A DNA stretch of 63,970 nucleotides, the filler included, from Dirinaria sp. TL-2023a (lineage: Eukaryota), in assembly GCA_051941275.1 (NCBI GenBank). It is 42 parts of 42 records of this genome, joined end to end, with 100 filler letters (N's around TTAATTAATTAA, not from the genome) between each part and the next. Parts side by side here need not be neighbours in the genome. Positions count along the whole stretch, not along the records: positions 1 to 1,467 come from JAVEBF010002715.1; positions 1,568 to 3,031 come from JAVEBF010002716.1; positions 3,132 to 4,594 come from JAVEBF010002717.1; positions 4,695 to 6,156 come from JAVEBF010002718.1; positions 6,257 to 7,717 come from JAVEBF010002719.1; positions 7,818 to 9,278 come from JAVEBF010002720.1; positions 9,379 to 10,835 come from JAVEBF010002721.1; positions 10,936 to 12,385 come from JAVEBF010002722.1; 34 more parts are not named here. One strand, 5' to 3'. Position 1 is the first letter of the stretch. Each line of letters begins with the position of its first letter. Below, piece by piece: positions 1-12,485 of the stretch. Position numbers and translations under genes: made by a program. The notes under the pieces were generated by a model. It was given only the letters and a program-made list of their open reading frames with translations, had not been told where the DNA came from and made no database searches.

Positions 1-685
1 CGTGAGGTCATTTGGCTCTGCTGTATACCGTAGTAACAACAGGTTCGTAGCCGGCACCGCGTACAGATAGACCTCGTCGTCGATCAAATAAAATAGTTTA
101 TTTTTAATCTCATTTATATTGCGCATTCGAATAGATTAGAGTTAGAAATAATTCGTATCATGTTTTGATTTTGCGACAGCTAGTCAGCTCGTCAGTGAAC
201 ATCTTGCATGCTTTTGCTCAAGATATCTCAGACAGCTTCAGAAATAGATCAATCTACAAATATAATCATTCTCATTGCAGTATTTCTACATGAGCAAGAC
301 GTTTGTTATCGTCTATCATTGTAGAGTTGTGATTAAGATTTAGCTCTGATTCAGCGATTCTAAAAACTTTCAGTAAATAATCACAGTTCTGAAATCTCCT
401 TATCTCTTCTCGAATAGTCTCAGAATTAAGAAATTTTAGCGCTGAGTAACGAAGAGTCAGAAATCGTAAAAATTGTTGAAAAGAGACGAACAAGAAAGCG
501 TTCTCATTTTAAGATGCGTTAGAAGAACACATGACTGCGCAGAATAGAATCAGAAAATACATATGACTGCTACAGCAGTCTGAAGCCACGCATAAGACGC
601 TGCGAGAAGACAAACAAAAGAGAGTTGCATGTGCAGATAAGAGTTGATAATCGTTTGTTTTGATGAAGACTTATCTTTCAAGTAC

Positions 686-934
686 TGTCAGGACCGGTGT
701 AGAAGGTATGATTTATGCAGGTGCTATCAACTAAATACACAAAGCATGAAGAAGGAAAGAAATCTATAAACTAGAACCAGGCATTATATGGATGTGTGGG
801 CGTTGGACCCTGATCGGTCGGACCGATCATCACTTCGGATGCGCTAACCTCGATCAGATCAAAACTCAACATCACACACAAAAACCTTGTATAAAATGAC
901 TCGAGTAACAACAGTGAGAGTCATACTCGTAACA
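686..934 (-). repeat. 3' LTR of a Ty3/gypsy chromovirus (LTR family A)
   Basis: Reads TGTTAC...TGACA on the minus strand and is preceded by the polypurine tract GAGAGAGAGGGGTAG. Homologous copies at 43907-44155 and 50915-51163. Confidence 0.9.
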
Positions 935-1467
935 CTACCCCTCTCTCTCAAAAAGCGATGTTCTCATCGCGTGTATGTCTTAGTCATGACGTCGATGACG
1001 TCTCTGCGAAGATTTGTTATTGTTTACGTTTTTCGTCTTGTCGAGATATCGATGATGATAATTCTGAGTGATGTTCTTCGCATACATGAACTCGTCATTA
1101 TCGATATCGTATCATGTCAAATCTCTACTCTTTTTTTCTACTCATCGACAACGATATTGTAGTCTCTCATAATATCAGCACGAGCTGATTATTTCGATCA
1201 GCTCTCATTCATCGCTTTCGTTAATAACGATCTTGTCGAGAGATTCTTGTACTTGACTCGATAAAGAGTTTTCGAAATTCTTGCGCAACAGACTTGAGTG
1301 AAATATATTGTGTATTCTCATAATGTCAGAGAGTTGAAGCTCATAAAAGATTTCTATGACTTTGATTATCGAGAAAGATTCTAGCATCTTGTCTTCGATT
1401 TTTCTTGAAGATCTATCGATGACAATGTTCTTGCTCGATAGAAATATCATGTTCTCAACGTTATAAG
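935..1467 (-). mobile_element. Decayed gypsy integrase C-terminus plus chromodomain (family A)
   Basis: RSSRKIEDKMLESF..YELQLSDIMRIHNIFHSSLL matches the RPSRKL..GPF..YxLxLP..IHxVFHxSLL motif with P>S and G>E changes; in-frame stops follow. Confidence 0.85.
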
Positions 1468-1567
1468 NNNNNNNNNNNNNNNNNNNNNNNNNNNNNNNNN
1501 NNNNNNNNNNNTTAATTAATTAANNNNNNNNNNNNNNNNNNNNNNNNNNNNNNNNNNNNNNNNNNNN
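1468..1567. other. Artificial contig spacer N44-TTAATTAATTAA-N44 (first of 41 copies; last at 62481-62580)
   Basis: An identical 100-nt spacer recurs every ~1.5 kb. The palindromic core has stops in all six frames, and the intervening segments decrease monotonically in length. Confidence 0.99.
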
Positions 1568-3031
1568 AAACAAGTAGTGTGCCTATCGTTAGTGGTACAG
1601 CCACAGCAGCGAAAACCCATGCATTAGAGGCGAGGATGATCTTGTTTGAGTTTGGGTCCTGATTGACGAAAACCGTCGAGTAGAAGTTCTGCCTGCCTTT
1701 AGCGGAATCTATTAAGCTCACGGAAAAGTAATACAGACCGATACAACTGTGGCCGGTAGGTAAATCAACGTGATGATGGTGAGAACTTTTACAGCAGCTG
1801 CATCTCTGGTACTCTTTTCTGTTAAATTGCGCATTATTGCGTTCTCTTGTCGAGCATCCTCAGCGAGACTTTTAAGTGAGCTTCCGTTGCCCAGATCGAG
1901 TAGGCTTGACAGCTATAAACTCTATGATGAGTACAATTATCAGTCTGGAGGCGGGTAGCGCATACGAGCTGAATTGTCCCTTGAACTTTCTTGTGCAAAG
2001 TCTCAACTTGCCTCCTATGCGAGAGGACTTCCTGATGCTGATCATGTAGGGCAATCTCAAGCATATCGAGATCGTCCGGGCCAATCTCTGTTGTTTTGGC
2101 GCCACAGTCGTGGCTATACTTCACATATGCGGACATCAACGATGTTATTGTGTCCGAGGCAGAATCTAAAATGAGCATTACGTCAATTAAAGAGTCTTCA
2201 GAATCTTTGAGAATCTGCCGCTCCTCGAAGGTTAATAGCTGCAAAGGCTCTTGCTCGGGCAGAGAAGCAACAAGGATCCTATCTGACTGCGAGGAAAATA
2301 AGCATACCGCCACCGTGATTTGATGTAGCAATACCTGCTCAGTGATCTGCTCAGTAAGATGCACGATATAAGGTCTCCAGCTTCCTAGCATAGCATGAAG
2401 TAAGATGAGATGAGGCTCGAAGGGGTTTAAAGCCGAAAGATCCGACGACGATCTAATATACCGATGTAAGGAGGATTTAGTCTTCTTAGATGTAGCGATC
2501 ATGACCCAGGTGGATGAATTGAGATTTTTTTGGTATCCACATCTGTGATATACCGCTGTCTGCCGTATGGACCAGGGTTTCCGTGGGTTGCGATGATTGA
2601 GCTCAGCATACCTGAGCGCGTAAGCGCATTCTGCTAATTGTTAGCAAGTAGGAGTATGACTTCCTTCTTGATGGATACCAAAACCCGAAATTTCCCGATG
2701 AATTGATCCCACGTTACTCTTCACGAGTCTTCGAAAGCGCAATTGAGGGAGACCGATCTCTTTTTCGCTACGCTTCGCACCAAACAAGAGCACAAAGTCC
2801 TTGAATCGTGGAAAGATTTCGAATTCTGCTACAAGTGTTCTGAAAAGTTCTTCCGTGATCCGCAATCGACTAAATGTATGCCTCTGGCTCAAAAAGCTTG
2901 AAGATTATTAGCATCTTGCATATCATCCCTCTGCACACAGGGTTTTGCCACCATAACCGGAAAAATCCTCTGGACTCCTGCAGGGGAGAAATAGACTTAG
3001 TACGTGGCAGGAGAATACAGCAGTCCTGGGA
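1568..3031 (-). CDS. Fungal CorA-like transporter-domain protein, internal multi-exon fragment
   Basis: Exons read ENAIMRNLTEKSTRDAAAVKVLTIITLIYLPATVV and NFYSTVFV..NAWVFAAVAVPLT (two C-terminal TM helices), separated by GT-AG introns. Confidence 0.7.
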
Positions 3032-3131
3032 NNNNNNNNNNNNNNNNNNNNNNNNNNNNNNNNNNNNNNNNNNNNTTAATTAATTAANNNNNNNNNNNNN
3101 NNNNNNNNNNNNNNNNNNNNNNNNNNNNNNN

Positions 3132-4594
3132 GTGTCATTGATCACGAATAAAGTTGACATCTTGACTGAATATGTTAAAGTCGGCGTCAATGTTGAAGGA
3201 GTACAAGCAACAATCAAGACATGATTAGTGAATGTGATTATATACGATCTGCTTCTTGATCTTACGTGAATGCGAAGAGTTCACTGTAATTCACATTATG
3301 ATCTGAGAGTGATCACGATTAATGAAGATGACGACTTATCTCGACAAGTACAAGCACGACTAGCTCCTTTAGAAACAACCCTCTTCGTCGTTGAGTTCGA
3401 CGACGATGACGACGAGTCGACAGATCAGGCTTGTCAAGATTTAATTGATGAGCAGAAAAACATTCAGCTCTGATCATCGAAACAGAGAGAGATCAGAGCT
3501 ATGATAAATCTGCAAAACAACATCAGCATGCTTTGTTTGCTTTGTCAAAATCTATCGATATTAACACATTCTTATCAGCAGCAATTTTAACACATTCATC
3601 AGAGACTGACGAAGCTCAAATCTTTTCAATAGATTGTAAGTTCCATAGTGCACGAAAAGTACTCAAGTATGCTTTAGAAAAGGAAGAGAATTTCTTTATT
3701 GAACGACGATCAATGAAGAGAATGCTTTCTAAAATACTCTTATCAGAGATTCAAGCATGAGTACAAGAAAGCGAAATAATTATAGAGTCTAAAGCAGATA
3801 CATCTCGTCGTCGCGAACTCGCGCAACGATTGATATACACATGAAAGAACTGCTTCGCTCCTCGTATTAGAAATATTAAAGTAACAGATTTGATAGAATA
3901 TTCTATTGATTTGAAATCAAATGCGAGATCGATCATTAACTTCTTGCTCAAATACACTATGACAGAGAGAGAATTTGTCAATCGCATTTTTTCAGAGCTA
4001 AAAGAAGTCGACATAATAGCACGAAGAAGCAGCTCTTGAGAACATCGAATTAAGTTTTCATCAAAGAAGAAAGATTCGTCTCTGCTTCGAGTGATTCACA
4101 ATTTCATATCGATGAATAAATACATTATCAAGTCGATCTATCTCGTACATCATTTGAAAGAAGTAATCATCACTCTGATTGCTTCAGACTTTGATGTTTA
4201 CTTCATGACGAATGTCTTCAATTCTTACTGAGCAATATCAATGAAGTTCTCAGATCAAAACAAAATAGACTTTCTTACTTCAAATGATCAATGAGTCTAT
4301 CTGAGAATGAAACAGAGACTCAAGAGAGCATCGCACACGTATTCTCAATTTGATGATTTTGTTTTTGATTTCTTGTCAAGCAACATCGAGGACATTGAGA
4401 AGATGTCAACATTATTTGAGCGTTTCGAAAATCATGCATTTCAAATTTACATGAACGATCATTCTGTTTCAGCACGAGATTTTGAAGCAATGTTCATCTT
4501 TTTACACGAAAGTTATTTCTCAAAAGTTGCTTTTGAGTCGATTTATTTATCAGATGCTAAAACGCATGTTTTTTCAGATAGTTTAGAGATGTTG
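3132..4594 (+). mobile_element. Decayed Ty3/gypsy pol (protease end plus reverse transcriptase)
   Basis: YDLLLDLT* (from YDLLLGxxW), RVIHNF, YLRMKQRLKRASHTY (from MGQGLKGAPHTY), FQIYMND (from YMDD); many TGA stops. Confidence 0.85.
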
Positions 4595-6719
4595 NNNNNN
4601 NNNNNNNNNNNNNNNNNNNNNNNNNNNNNNNNNNNNNNTTAATTAATTAANNNNNNNNNNNNNNNNNNNNNNNNNNNNNNNNNNNNNNNNNNNNTGAAGC
4701 ATGCTGCGCTTGCATTTGCGGCACCATCTCGCGCTGAACCTGGGGACGATATTGACACGTGAAGTTGCTGCCGTCATCCCTCCGAAACCTTCCGTCAGCA
4801 CCATATTGATCAACAAAGAAAGGCATTCCTTGGGCCGGCGGTTTCTCATCTCGGTGGAATGAAGTTTGTGGGTTCTGTTGTCGAAAGTAGGGTGCAGCTT
4901 CTTTTCGCTGGTGAAAATTTCCTGGATCCATTGATGTTGAGAACTCGGGCTATGTAGTAATTTATATGTTGTTTGAAGTGCTTTTGATGCCCGTGGCACT
5001 AGCGTTGCTAGAAGGAAAAAAGGGGTCGTAAATTGAGTTGCGCTCGCTGACGTTAAGGATACTTTGAATCAGACGAAATGCGCATCAGGAATTCCGTCTG
5101 TCGCGTCGATCTCTTCCTCTACCTATACGATCGGTATCTGAGATGAGTAAGTGAGCAGAAAAGTGATTTGAAAATGTGGTACCAAGTGCGATATTAAAAC
5201 AATCGAGAAAGTCAAAAAAGTGCTAAGACCTAAGAGTGCGCCAAATTGTGCCTCTCATATATTAATCAAAAAGAACACTGTAAAATCAAACCGGAAGATA
5301 CGTGCCATCTAAGGAAGATCAGAAAAGGCACCGTGTAACGTCCATTTAAGGTCAGCTGAACACGTTTAAGCGATCTGACATACTCAAGACGGAGCCTGGA
5401 ATCTAGACCTTCCCACTAGGCAGCCAAGCGAGCCAAGCTACTTGTCGGGACCATTGCCCTGAAATGATTGATCGATCGTGCGCAGCCTTTCCTCTAGATA
5501 GGCAGCAACAACTTTATTGTTGGATATTTCCTAGTTTCGGAACCACCGCATTCTTCAAGAACGCAGTATGTTGAAGTGGCATGGAGAGCGACGCCAGAAG
5601 TGCTGGCTCGCGCGGTCAATGCCGCTACCTACCTTACCATAGTGAAGTCAACTGCAAGGCGCCCGGGGAACCACCTAATGTTATCACCCGAACTTGCAGA
5701 CTAGTTACCTAAGGTAGGTAGGCTTCTAGGGTGCAGCTGCCTTCTGCAAAGCCTACCTTAATACCTTACTGTACCTGTAGTCACCTGGACGGCTAGGTAG
5801 TCTTGGCAGACATCACGCTAGCCAGCACTTCCGTATTGGAGGGAGAGGAAATCGGAGTGAGCTGATGGTTACATCAATCAGCAAGACGACATTTGTGGAA
5901 CAAACATCACATCTGCAGAGCCGTGGAGAAAATGCCAGCATATTTCCGTTTAGCAGAGTGCTACGACCCCTTTGTGTGTGGTGGCTTTTATCAATTGCTC
6001 GAAAGGACGTTGCTTCGAGGATATTCAGTACCGTAATAATAGAACAACTACCTAAGCACCGAAACAGTATTGCCATTAAACTACATTGAAGTGAAATACG
6101 ATACAGGCTTTGGAGGACTGAGAGGTTACCTCCATCCTCCCGCGTCAACTATAAATNNNNNNNNNNNNNNNNNNNNNNNNNNNNNNNNNNNNNNNNNNNN
6201 TTAATTAATTAANNNNNNNNNNNNNNNNNNNNNNNNNNNNNNNNNNNNNNNNNNNNTTTTACGAACGTCAATCCAAACGGGAGGGCTCCAGGTAACGAAA
6301 CGCTCCATGATCCCAGTCCCAATGTTGAGGATGATGATGATGATGGTTAATCTCTTTAATCTCGATCTTACGCTTTTCATAGCGATCATCGACCCAAACA
6401 CCGATACCGTGCTGTTCGAATTCAGCGCTATTGTGATTTATTTGATTACGATCTACGGAAAATCTCATGCTCTCATTTATATCTTTCTCTCGAGATCTTT
6501 CAACTTCAGCAGTGAGCTTTTTTTCAGATCTCAGATCAGAGTTCGTACTTTGAGCAAGCTGCGTGATATGTGCGCCGTCTTATTATGTTCCCTCTCTCTC
6601 TCTCCTTGCCAAAGATAGACTGTAGAATGTGCCCTAGCCCACATATACACATACATGAACACAAAAGAGACACCCTGATCTTTCTAACCACCCGAAATCC
6701 CCCCAATGAAAAACTCGCC

Positions 6720-7020
6720 TTCTCCCAACCAGAACCAGTCCAATCCGCCAAAGACCGCTACAACAACGCGATCCACCGCGTGGTCCGGGTACTCGACTCG
6801 GTCCTACATCATCAGTTGTGACTCGTGGGCCACAAATGCATCTACTTCGATCTGAGCTTCGTCATGTGGAACCTGCAGATCGGGTACGTCCTGAAAGACG
6901 CGACGGAGCAGCCGTGGGATGTCGAGAGGTATTTTCATTATATCAGGGGAATGGAGGCGATGCAGGCGCGGGACAGCGTGAAACATGTGTTGAGCGTGGT
7001 GATGCATAAGGAGGTTAAAA
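6720..7020 (+). pseudogene. Glutathione S-transferase (Ure2-like) C-terminal domain relic
   Basis: PEPVQSAKDRYNNAIHRVVRVLDSVLHHQL*LVGHKCIYFDLSFVMWN..MQARDSVKHVL. The TGA at 6819-6821 replaces the Trp of the WLVGxKxTYADL motif; no N-terminal domain is visible upstream. Confidence 0.7.
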
Positions 7021-7817
7021 GCCAAGGGAAGGGAGTTGAGGGATTTGTTTGCTTGCTTGTCTGCTTTTAGGCGCTATATATGATAAAGGGGCTTTAATCC
7101 TCACATACGCTTTCTCTCTCTCTTTGTGTCTTCTATCTGTTTCTCTCTGTAAGCAGAATCCATACCCCCTTCCCAAAAAAAAAAAAAAAAAATTAGATCG
7201 AATTGCGAATCAAAAAATTGAAACCCTGCCTCCCACCCCACCAACCCTTCTCTTTCAAAAAGATAAAAACAGAACCCCCACACAAATCTCATCTCCCATC
7301 TCCCTAGAATGAAAACCCCCTTGGCTACAAAACCTTTTCTTAATAAAAACAAATAAAACTACAACCTTAGGAAACCCCCACAGAACCAGGTCCAAAATCC
7401 TCTCCTTGCGCTTCTCTCTCACTCTTTTTTTTTCTGCTTGCTGATATTGCAGGGGGGTTTTTTTTAAAAAGAGGTCCCCTCTCTTAACACAATCCCATAT
7501 CCCATACCCAACCGAACCCCCGCCCCCATCCCTTCTACTCTCCATTTCCATTCTCCAGCCTTCCGCACCCGTTCGATTGCAATTCTTCGTTGCTCGCGCG
7601 AGAATCAACGACATCGCATTCATCACTTTTTTTTGTTTCGATGCTGGGCGAGCCACTGAGAGTAATGATTATTATCATGAAAGCTCGATTCAAATTTTTT
7701 TTTGTTTTTTTTTCTCTNNNNNNNNNNNNNNNNNNNNNNNNNNNNNNNNNNNNNNNNNNNNTTAATTAATTAANNNNNNNNNNNNNNNNNNNNNNNNNNN
7801 NNNNNNNNNNNNNNNNN

Positions 7818-7905
7818 TCGCGTATCCCGATCGAGTTAGCGTATTACCCCTGAGAACCCTGGGAGGTGTTGCCCCAGGTAGTATACCAGGTGCATGCTCG
7901 TAACA
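7818..7905 (-). repeat. Partial LTR, family C
   Basis: Reverse complement of the start of the 37509-37725 LTR; ends ..CTCGTAACA on the plus strand. Confidence 0.85.
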
Positions 7906-8631
7906 ATCACAAAGAAATAAAAGACAATGAAGAAACGAATAAAATAGTCAACGAGACAAACAAATATTCGCTGCTCGATCAACTGACGTGTGAATCTGCT
8001 GTCAGAGCAGCGTTGATTCAAGAATAAACTCGCGCAGAATGACGAAGAAAATGAAAAAAAAGACATCAACGAAGTTCATTATCGCGCGTTGACGTTTACG
8101 ATAACTCAGAGTCATATGCGACTTCACGATGATCGAGCGAAGTCACACAGCGTTTTGTTTACACAGCTGAGATCGAGTAAGATAGACTTCAATCAATTTT
8201 TAAGCGAGCGACTCGTCTTCGAAATGATCACAGAGATCTGCGACTTCGAACAAAATCGCATGACAGTCAGACACGTGCTATTAACGTGTTCTACGTGAAG
8301 ACAGAAGAGACTAAAGATGCAACGAAGAACGAATAACATCACAGATGTGCGAAAACTACTCGATAGCGTCGCTGATGTCACAGCGACGATACGTATGATC
8401 TTATTCACTGATCTACTCAGTCAGTTTCAGACGACTGCTTTTTCTTCGGATTCTTAGACTCATAGAGTTCTCGCATGAAGAATTTTCTAGTATTATGAAT
8501 AGAGAAAACTGCACGTAACAAGAAAAGAGTCGACGCAGCGCTGACGCGCCGCCGATATAAGTATATAGATCTCGCATAGGCCCCTTGTGGGTGTTGAATC
8601 GAGTAAGAATTAAAAAAAAAAAAAAAAAAAA
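7906..8631 (+). mobile_element. 3' end of a decayed Tad1-like LINE (RNase H end, CCHC knuckle, 3' UTR, poly(A))
   Basis: HKEIKDNEETN (from HxGIxGNExAD) and TQLRSSKIDFNQFL..CDFEQNRMTVRHVLLTCST*; an A-tract ends near 8631. Confidence 0.85.
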
Positions 8632-8812
8632 TATGTTTATATAAGATATAGATAAGTGATAATAAAAGCAATAAGGTGCGAAACACAAAAAAACGCGTAT
8701 TAGAATTATTTATTTGCATGATTTGCAGACCCCCCCTGCTAACGTATCCGAAAATCCCGGTGGTACGATTTGTGATCATTAATAGTATATCTCGAAATCG
8801 ACTTATAGAACT

Positions 8813-9059
8813 TGTTGCGTGTCAAAGGGTAACGTCCAAAAAGATGGGCAAAACGAATGTATTTGAGTCTAAGTTGCCCAGGTCAAGTTGCCCAGGTCCA
8901 GAAGGACCGTCTAGATACCAGGAAAGCTAGCTAGTCTAGATGTGGTATAGTAATAGAGGGGTGACTAGGAAGTTGCCCTAGACTGCAGTCAATATGGTCC
9001 CTAGGACCCTGGTCATGGATAAACCGATCCGTCTAATAATCCCATGTCATATCATAACA
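8813..9059 (-). repeat. Solo LTR (family G) with 5-bp target-site duplication GAACT
   Basis: TGTTG...TAACA termini; GAACT at 8808-8812 and 9060-9064; homologous to 29945-30193. Confidence 0.9.
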
Positions 9060-9200
9060 GAACTGCTAGTATAATATCATTATATATTTAAATTACACTG
9101 ATATTCTTTTTCTTTTAATTTCAAGCATGCAAATTAATCATTATATACGTCTCGATGCTGTTTGTGTCTTGACGTCAGGTCTCCATTGACAAGATGTAGA

Positions 9201-9278
9201 TGTAAGATCGTATGCGTCGATTATCCGCCGACGCAGTACTTGTGTGAAAGACGTGGCAGTGTAATAGATTATATAGCT
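9201..9278 (+). repeat. Partial LTR-like repeat, family D
   Basis: Starts TGTAAG; matches 59431-59495, 40031-40120, 40121-40512 and 61089-61327. Confidence 0.85.
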
Positions 9279-10131
9279 NNNNNNNNNNNNNNNNNNNNNN
9301 NNNNNNNNNNNNNNNNNNNNNNTTAATTAATTAANNNNNNNNNNNNNNNNNNNNNNNNNNNNNNNNNNNNNNNNNNNNCATTGATTCCTCCTCTCAGCAC
9401 TCCACCCCTTGGAAAGGAGTCTGCTGTAGTTTTAACCCTTACGCTATCGAGGATTTGTTAGCGGGATGGAAGGGGTTATTTACGGTCATATAGGGAACAG
9501 ACCTTTGTACAGAAGAGCACGGAAATGCGAAGACGGGGCAAACAGAGCCTTGGAAACGATTATTACATGCTAAGAGATTCAACTTTATGGAGCTCTATTG
9601 GTTTTCTTGCTTTTTTACTTACGCTACTGCTTTCTTCGGAGATACGTGATGGCTGTACGCCGATTACAAGTCTTGCAATTGAAGGAATACCCACCCACAT
9701 TGCTAGACAGCTATGGTGGTAGTATCATTCAATTCCAACAACACGTTCCCCGTTTGTGAACAGATCTTCACGGATGACAGGTTACCACACCAATTTGCTG
9801 ACCCCTCCTATCTGGAAATCTGTGCGGGACAAGTGGACTCTTTATTTGATCAGATATTCTACTGTTTCCTCGCAGCAGTCAATTTCTCAAGCCTCACGTC
9901 TTGAGTTTCATATAAGGTGGGTGAACGACAGATATCGAAATTGGCCCAGCACCTGATTAGACACCATTGATAAAGCGTAATTGTTGTTGTTTTTTTTTTT
10001 CCTTCGAAAAATGGACGCGCTCATCTTTATGCTCTGCTTCATGAGACTGGAGCCCGGATAGGGGGTTCCTGCATATACATACACGGCGTTCATGACCTGT
10101 TTCGAGAAAAGCCACATCACCTCGATCGCTT

Positions 10132-10835
10132 CTACTTAATATCAGGCCTAAGCTCGCGTACGCTCACCTGCACTGCCTTTTCCGCCGGACCTTTTCCCTC
10201 CTCATCTTCCCACCTAGAACGATCCCATGGTCCCGTCAGCCGACTCGCTCCCCTGGACCCCAGGCTGATTTTGGGCGCCATGCTCCCTCTAAGCCAGCGC
10301 CACGCCAGAAAGCTTCCCACATTCCTCTTTCCTTGCTCCGGCGTCCTTGCCGCCGTTTTCTGATTCTCGCCGTTTGATTCCCGCTTTCGTGCCAAGAAAA
10401 ACATTTTCTCTGGCAGTATCCGGACCAAGATGGGACGGAGAGTCGGGAGGCAGGCTGCGATGATGTAGTTGGCAGGTTCATTGATGGTCCATATGGTCCA
10501 TGCAATAGCGGCGGTTGAGTCTGGGTCCTGGGCCGGGTTGGTGTGGAATAGGATTCCGAGGCGGGCGACGGAGGCGATGAAGCCGCTGTTCGGTCGATTA
10601 GCTAAGAGTCTGAGAGAATCTTTCTCGGTACATTGCAATGGGTTTGTTGGTAATGAGATAATGGATGGAGATCATGGATACCACTTACATGATCCCGTGT
10701 AAGAAGGTCGCAGTCAACGCAACCTTCCGCTGAATATCCAATTCTAATTCCCAGACCAGGGAAATTGGCATTACGAGCATGACGAGTCCGTCTACAACAT
10801 TGGGCACGGCCATGAAGCGTGCAAAGGCTACCATG
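10132..10835 (-). CDS. PTH11-like (rhodopsin-domain) integral membrane protein, 3' part
   Basis: PNVVDGLVMLVMPISLVWELELDIQRKVALTATF, then an intron (~10588-10688), then GFIASVARL..IWTINEPANYIIAACLPTLRPIL. Confidence 0.8.
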
Positions 10836-12485
10836 NNNNNNNNNNNNNNNNNNNNNNNNNNNNNNNNNNNNNNNNNNNNTTAATTAATTAANNNNNNNNN
10901 NNNNNNNNNNNNNNNNNNNNNNNNNNNNNNNNNNNAACGCGCCCGAACACGAGGCAGCTAATGTTGTTGATTTTTCCCTGCAACTTGACCATATGAGTTG
11001 CCAGTAAATAGCACGTGCAGCAACACGCTGCCGAAGATTCTGCAATCTCTTGACGAGTGACTTTGTCTAACTGCACCGTATCTTGAAGGAGACGATATCT
11101 ATAGGAGAAGTCGATGGTCCTTCATCGATTGGAGATGGTCAATAGTATATTGTTTGCGAATAGAGGAAAGTGGCGATGTTTCATAGATGTGAATAAGTTA
11201 CGTTTCGTGGGGGAGTTCATGAGTCTCCTCGAAATTCTTTGATTTCATTTTCGCTTTTTCACATTTAGCATGAATAAAAAAGTCTGTTACTAAGCCTTAT
11301 TGCCATTCCCTTACTAATTGGCTGTAATTGACCACGTATCTATCATCTCTAGGGGAGGTACAAGTCAGCAGATTCTCTCTTTCCTCAAAGGACTGTCCAG
11401 CTCCAGAGCGCTCAGTAGCACCATAATGATCTTGTCTGGCTGAGTCTTATTTATACTCTAATGATGAGATTCGTAATCGACGTATCAGTGCGTGGAGACG
11501 GTACGACGCACGTCGAACTCGCCTTAGTGCATCCCAAGACCCGGTCTATTCTTTTTACTCACTCATCACTTGATGTCACTCTCGAGATTTCGACAGTCGT
11601 AGATGGCGTTGCTGATCATGATAACCAGTTCGAATTCGAGCCAAGTAGTCAGATTGATGGTGCGTAGAATGGCAACGGGCGGTTGCTGTAGCTAAGCAGG
11701 CTAAATGATTACTTATTATCATGGGCGCTTTGGGATCGACGCGCGGTTACTGAAAATAATCGTCTATTCAGTGATGGCAGAGCAATATGGATGTGGTTTG
11801 AGACTCGAATGGTTATCGTCCGTGAGGCGGGGAGAAGATTGAGGGTCACCTTCTTGATTAATGTGATGGTAATCGTCATGATATGAAGAGTTAATAATAG
11901 GAGTAAGGAGATATAGTATATCAGATGAGTATTGGAAATCTTATTGCTGCGACAAGATGCAGTTCTATTACGATGATCATCGCCGCTGCATGACCCAGGT
12001 CAGCATTCTTTGGACCTTTCGCATCAAAATTAGCAATGCTTAGGAGGTTTCACTCTCCACTTTTTAACCAGCTTGGGGGTTGGAAAGAGCTCCGTCCTCA
12101 TTTAGCGAATTCTACCCATGAAATATTCGACGAAGTCGGCAGCCCTGCACGTACGCGTAGAAAGAACCGCAACTTTAGAGTCGAATCGGTGGCTCTTCAA
12201 TGAGAGGTCACCGCCTGATTTGTCTCAGCTTGTCAAGCTACAGTAGAGCTCACGATCGAGCTGAAGCTGACTTCGGCAATCTGGCCCCAGTCACCCTAGA
12301 TCGTATTTTGAGCGCAGACCTTGACTTCTATGATGCAGTGATCAGTAGATACGCATCAGCAGTTGTTCGCTGATGCTATAATGACNNNNNNNNNNNNNNN
12401 NNNNNNNNNNNNNNNNNNNNNNNNNNNNNTTAATTAATTAANNNNNNNNNNNNNNNNNNNNNNNNNNNNNNNNNNNNNNNNNNNN

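Noticed and set aside
1..685. LTR end plus primer-binding site (..TAACAACAGGTTCGTAGCC) and downstream decayed sequence
   Set aside because: The DNA is CC/GG-depleted and repeat-like, but there is no second copy or protein motif to classify it.
10936..12385. Short ORFs in this contig and in 4695-4999, 20204-21639, 30919-32341 and 49105-50511
   Set aside because: No recognisable domain or consistent exon structure.
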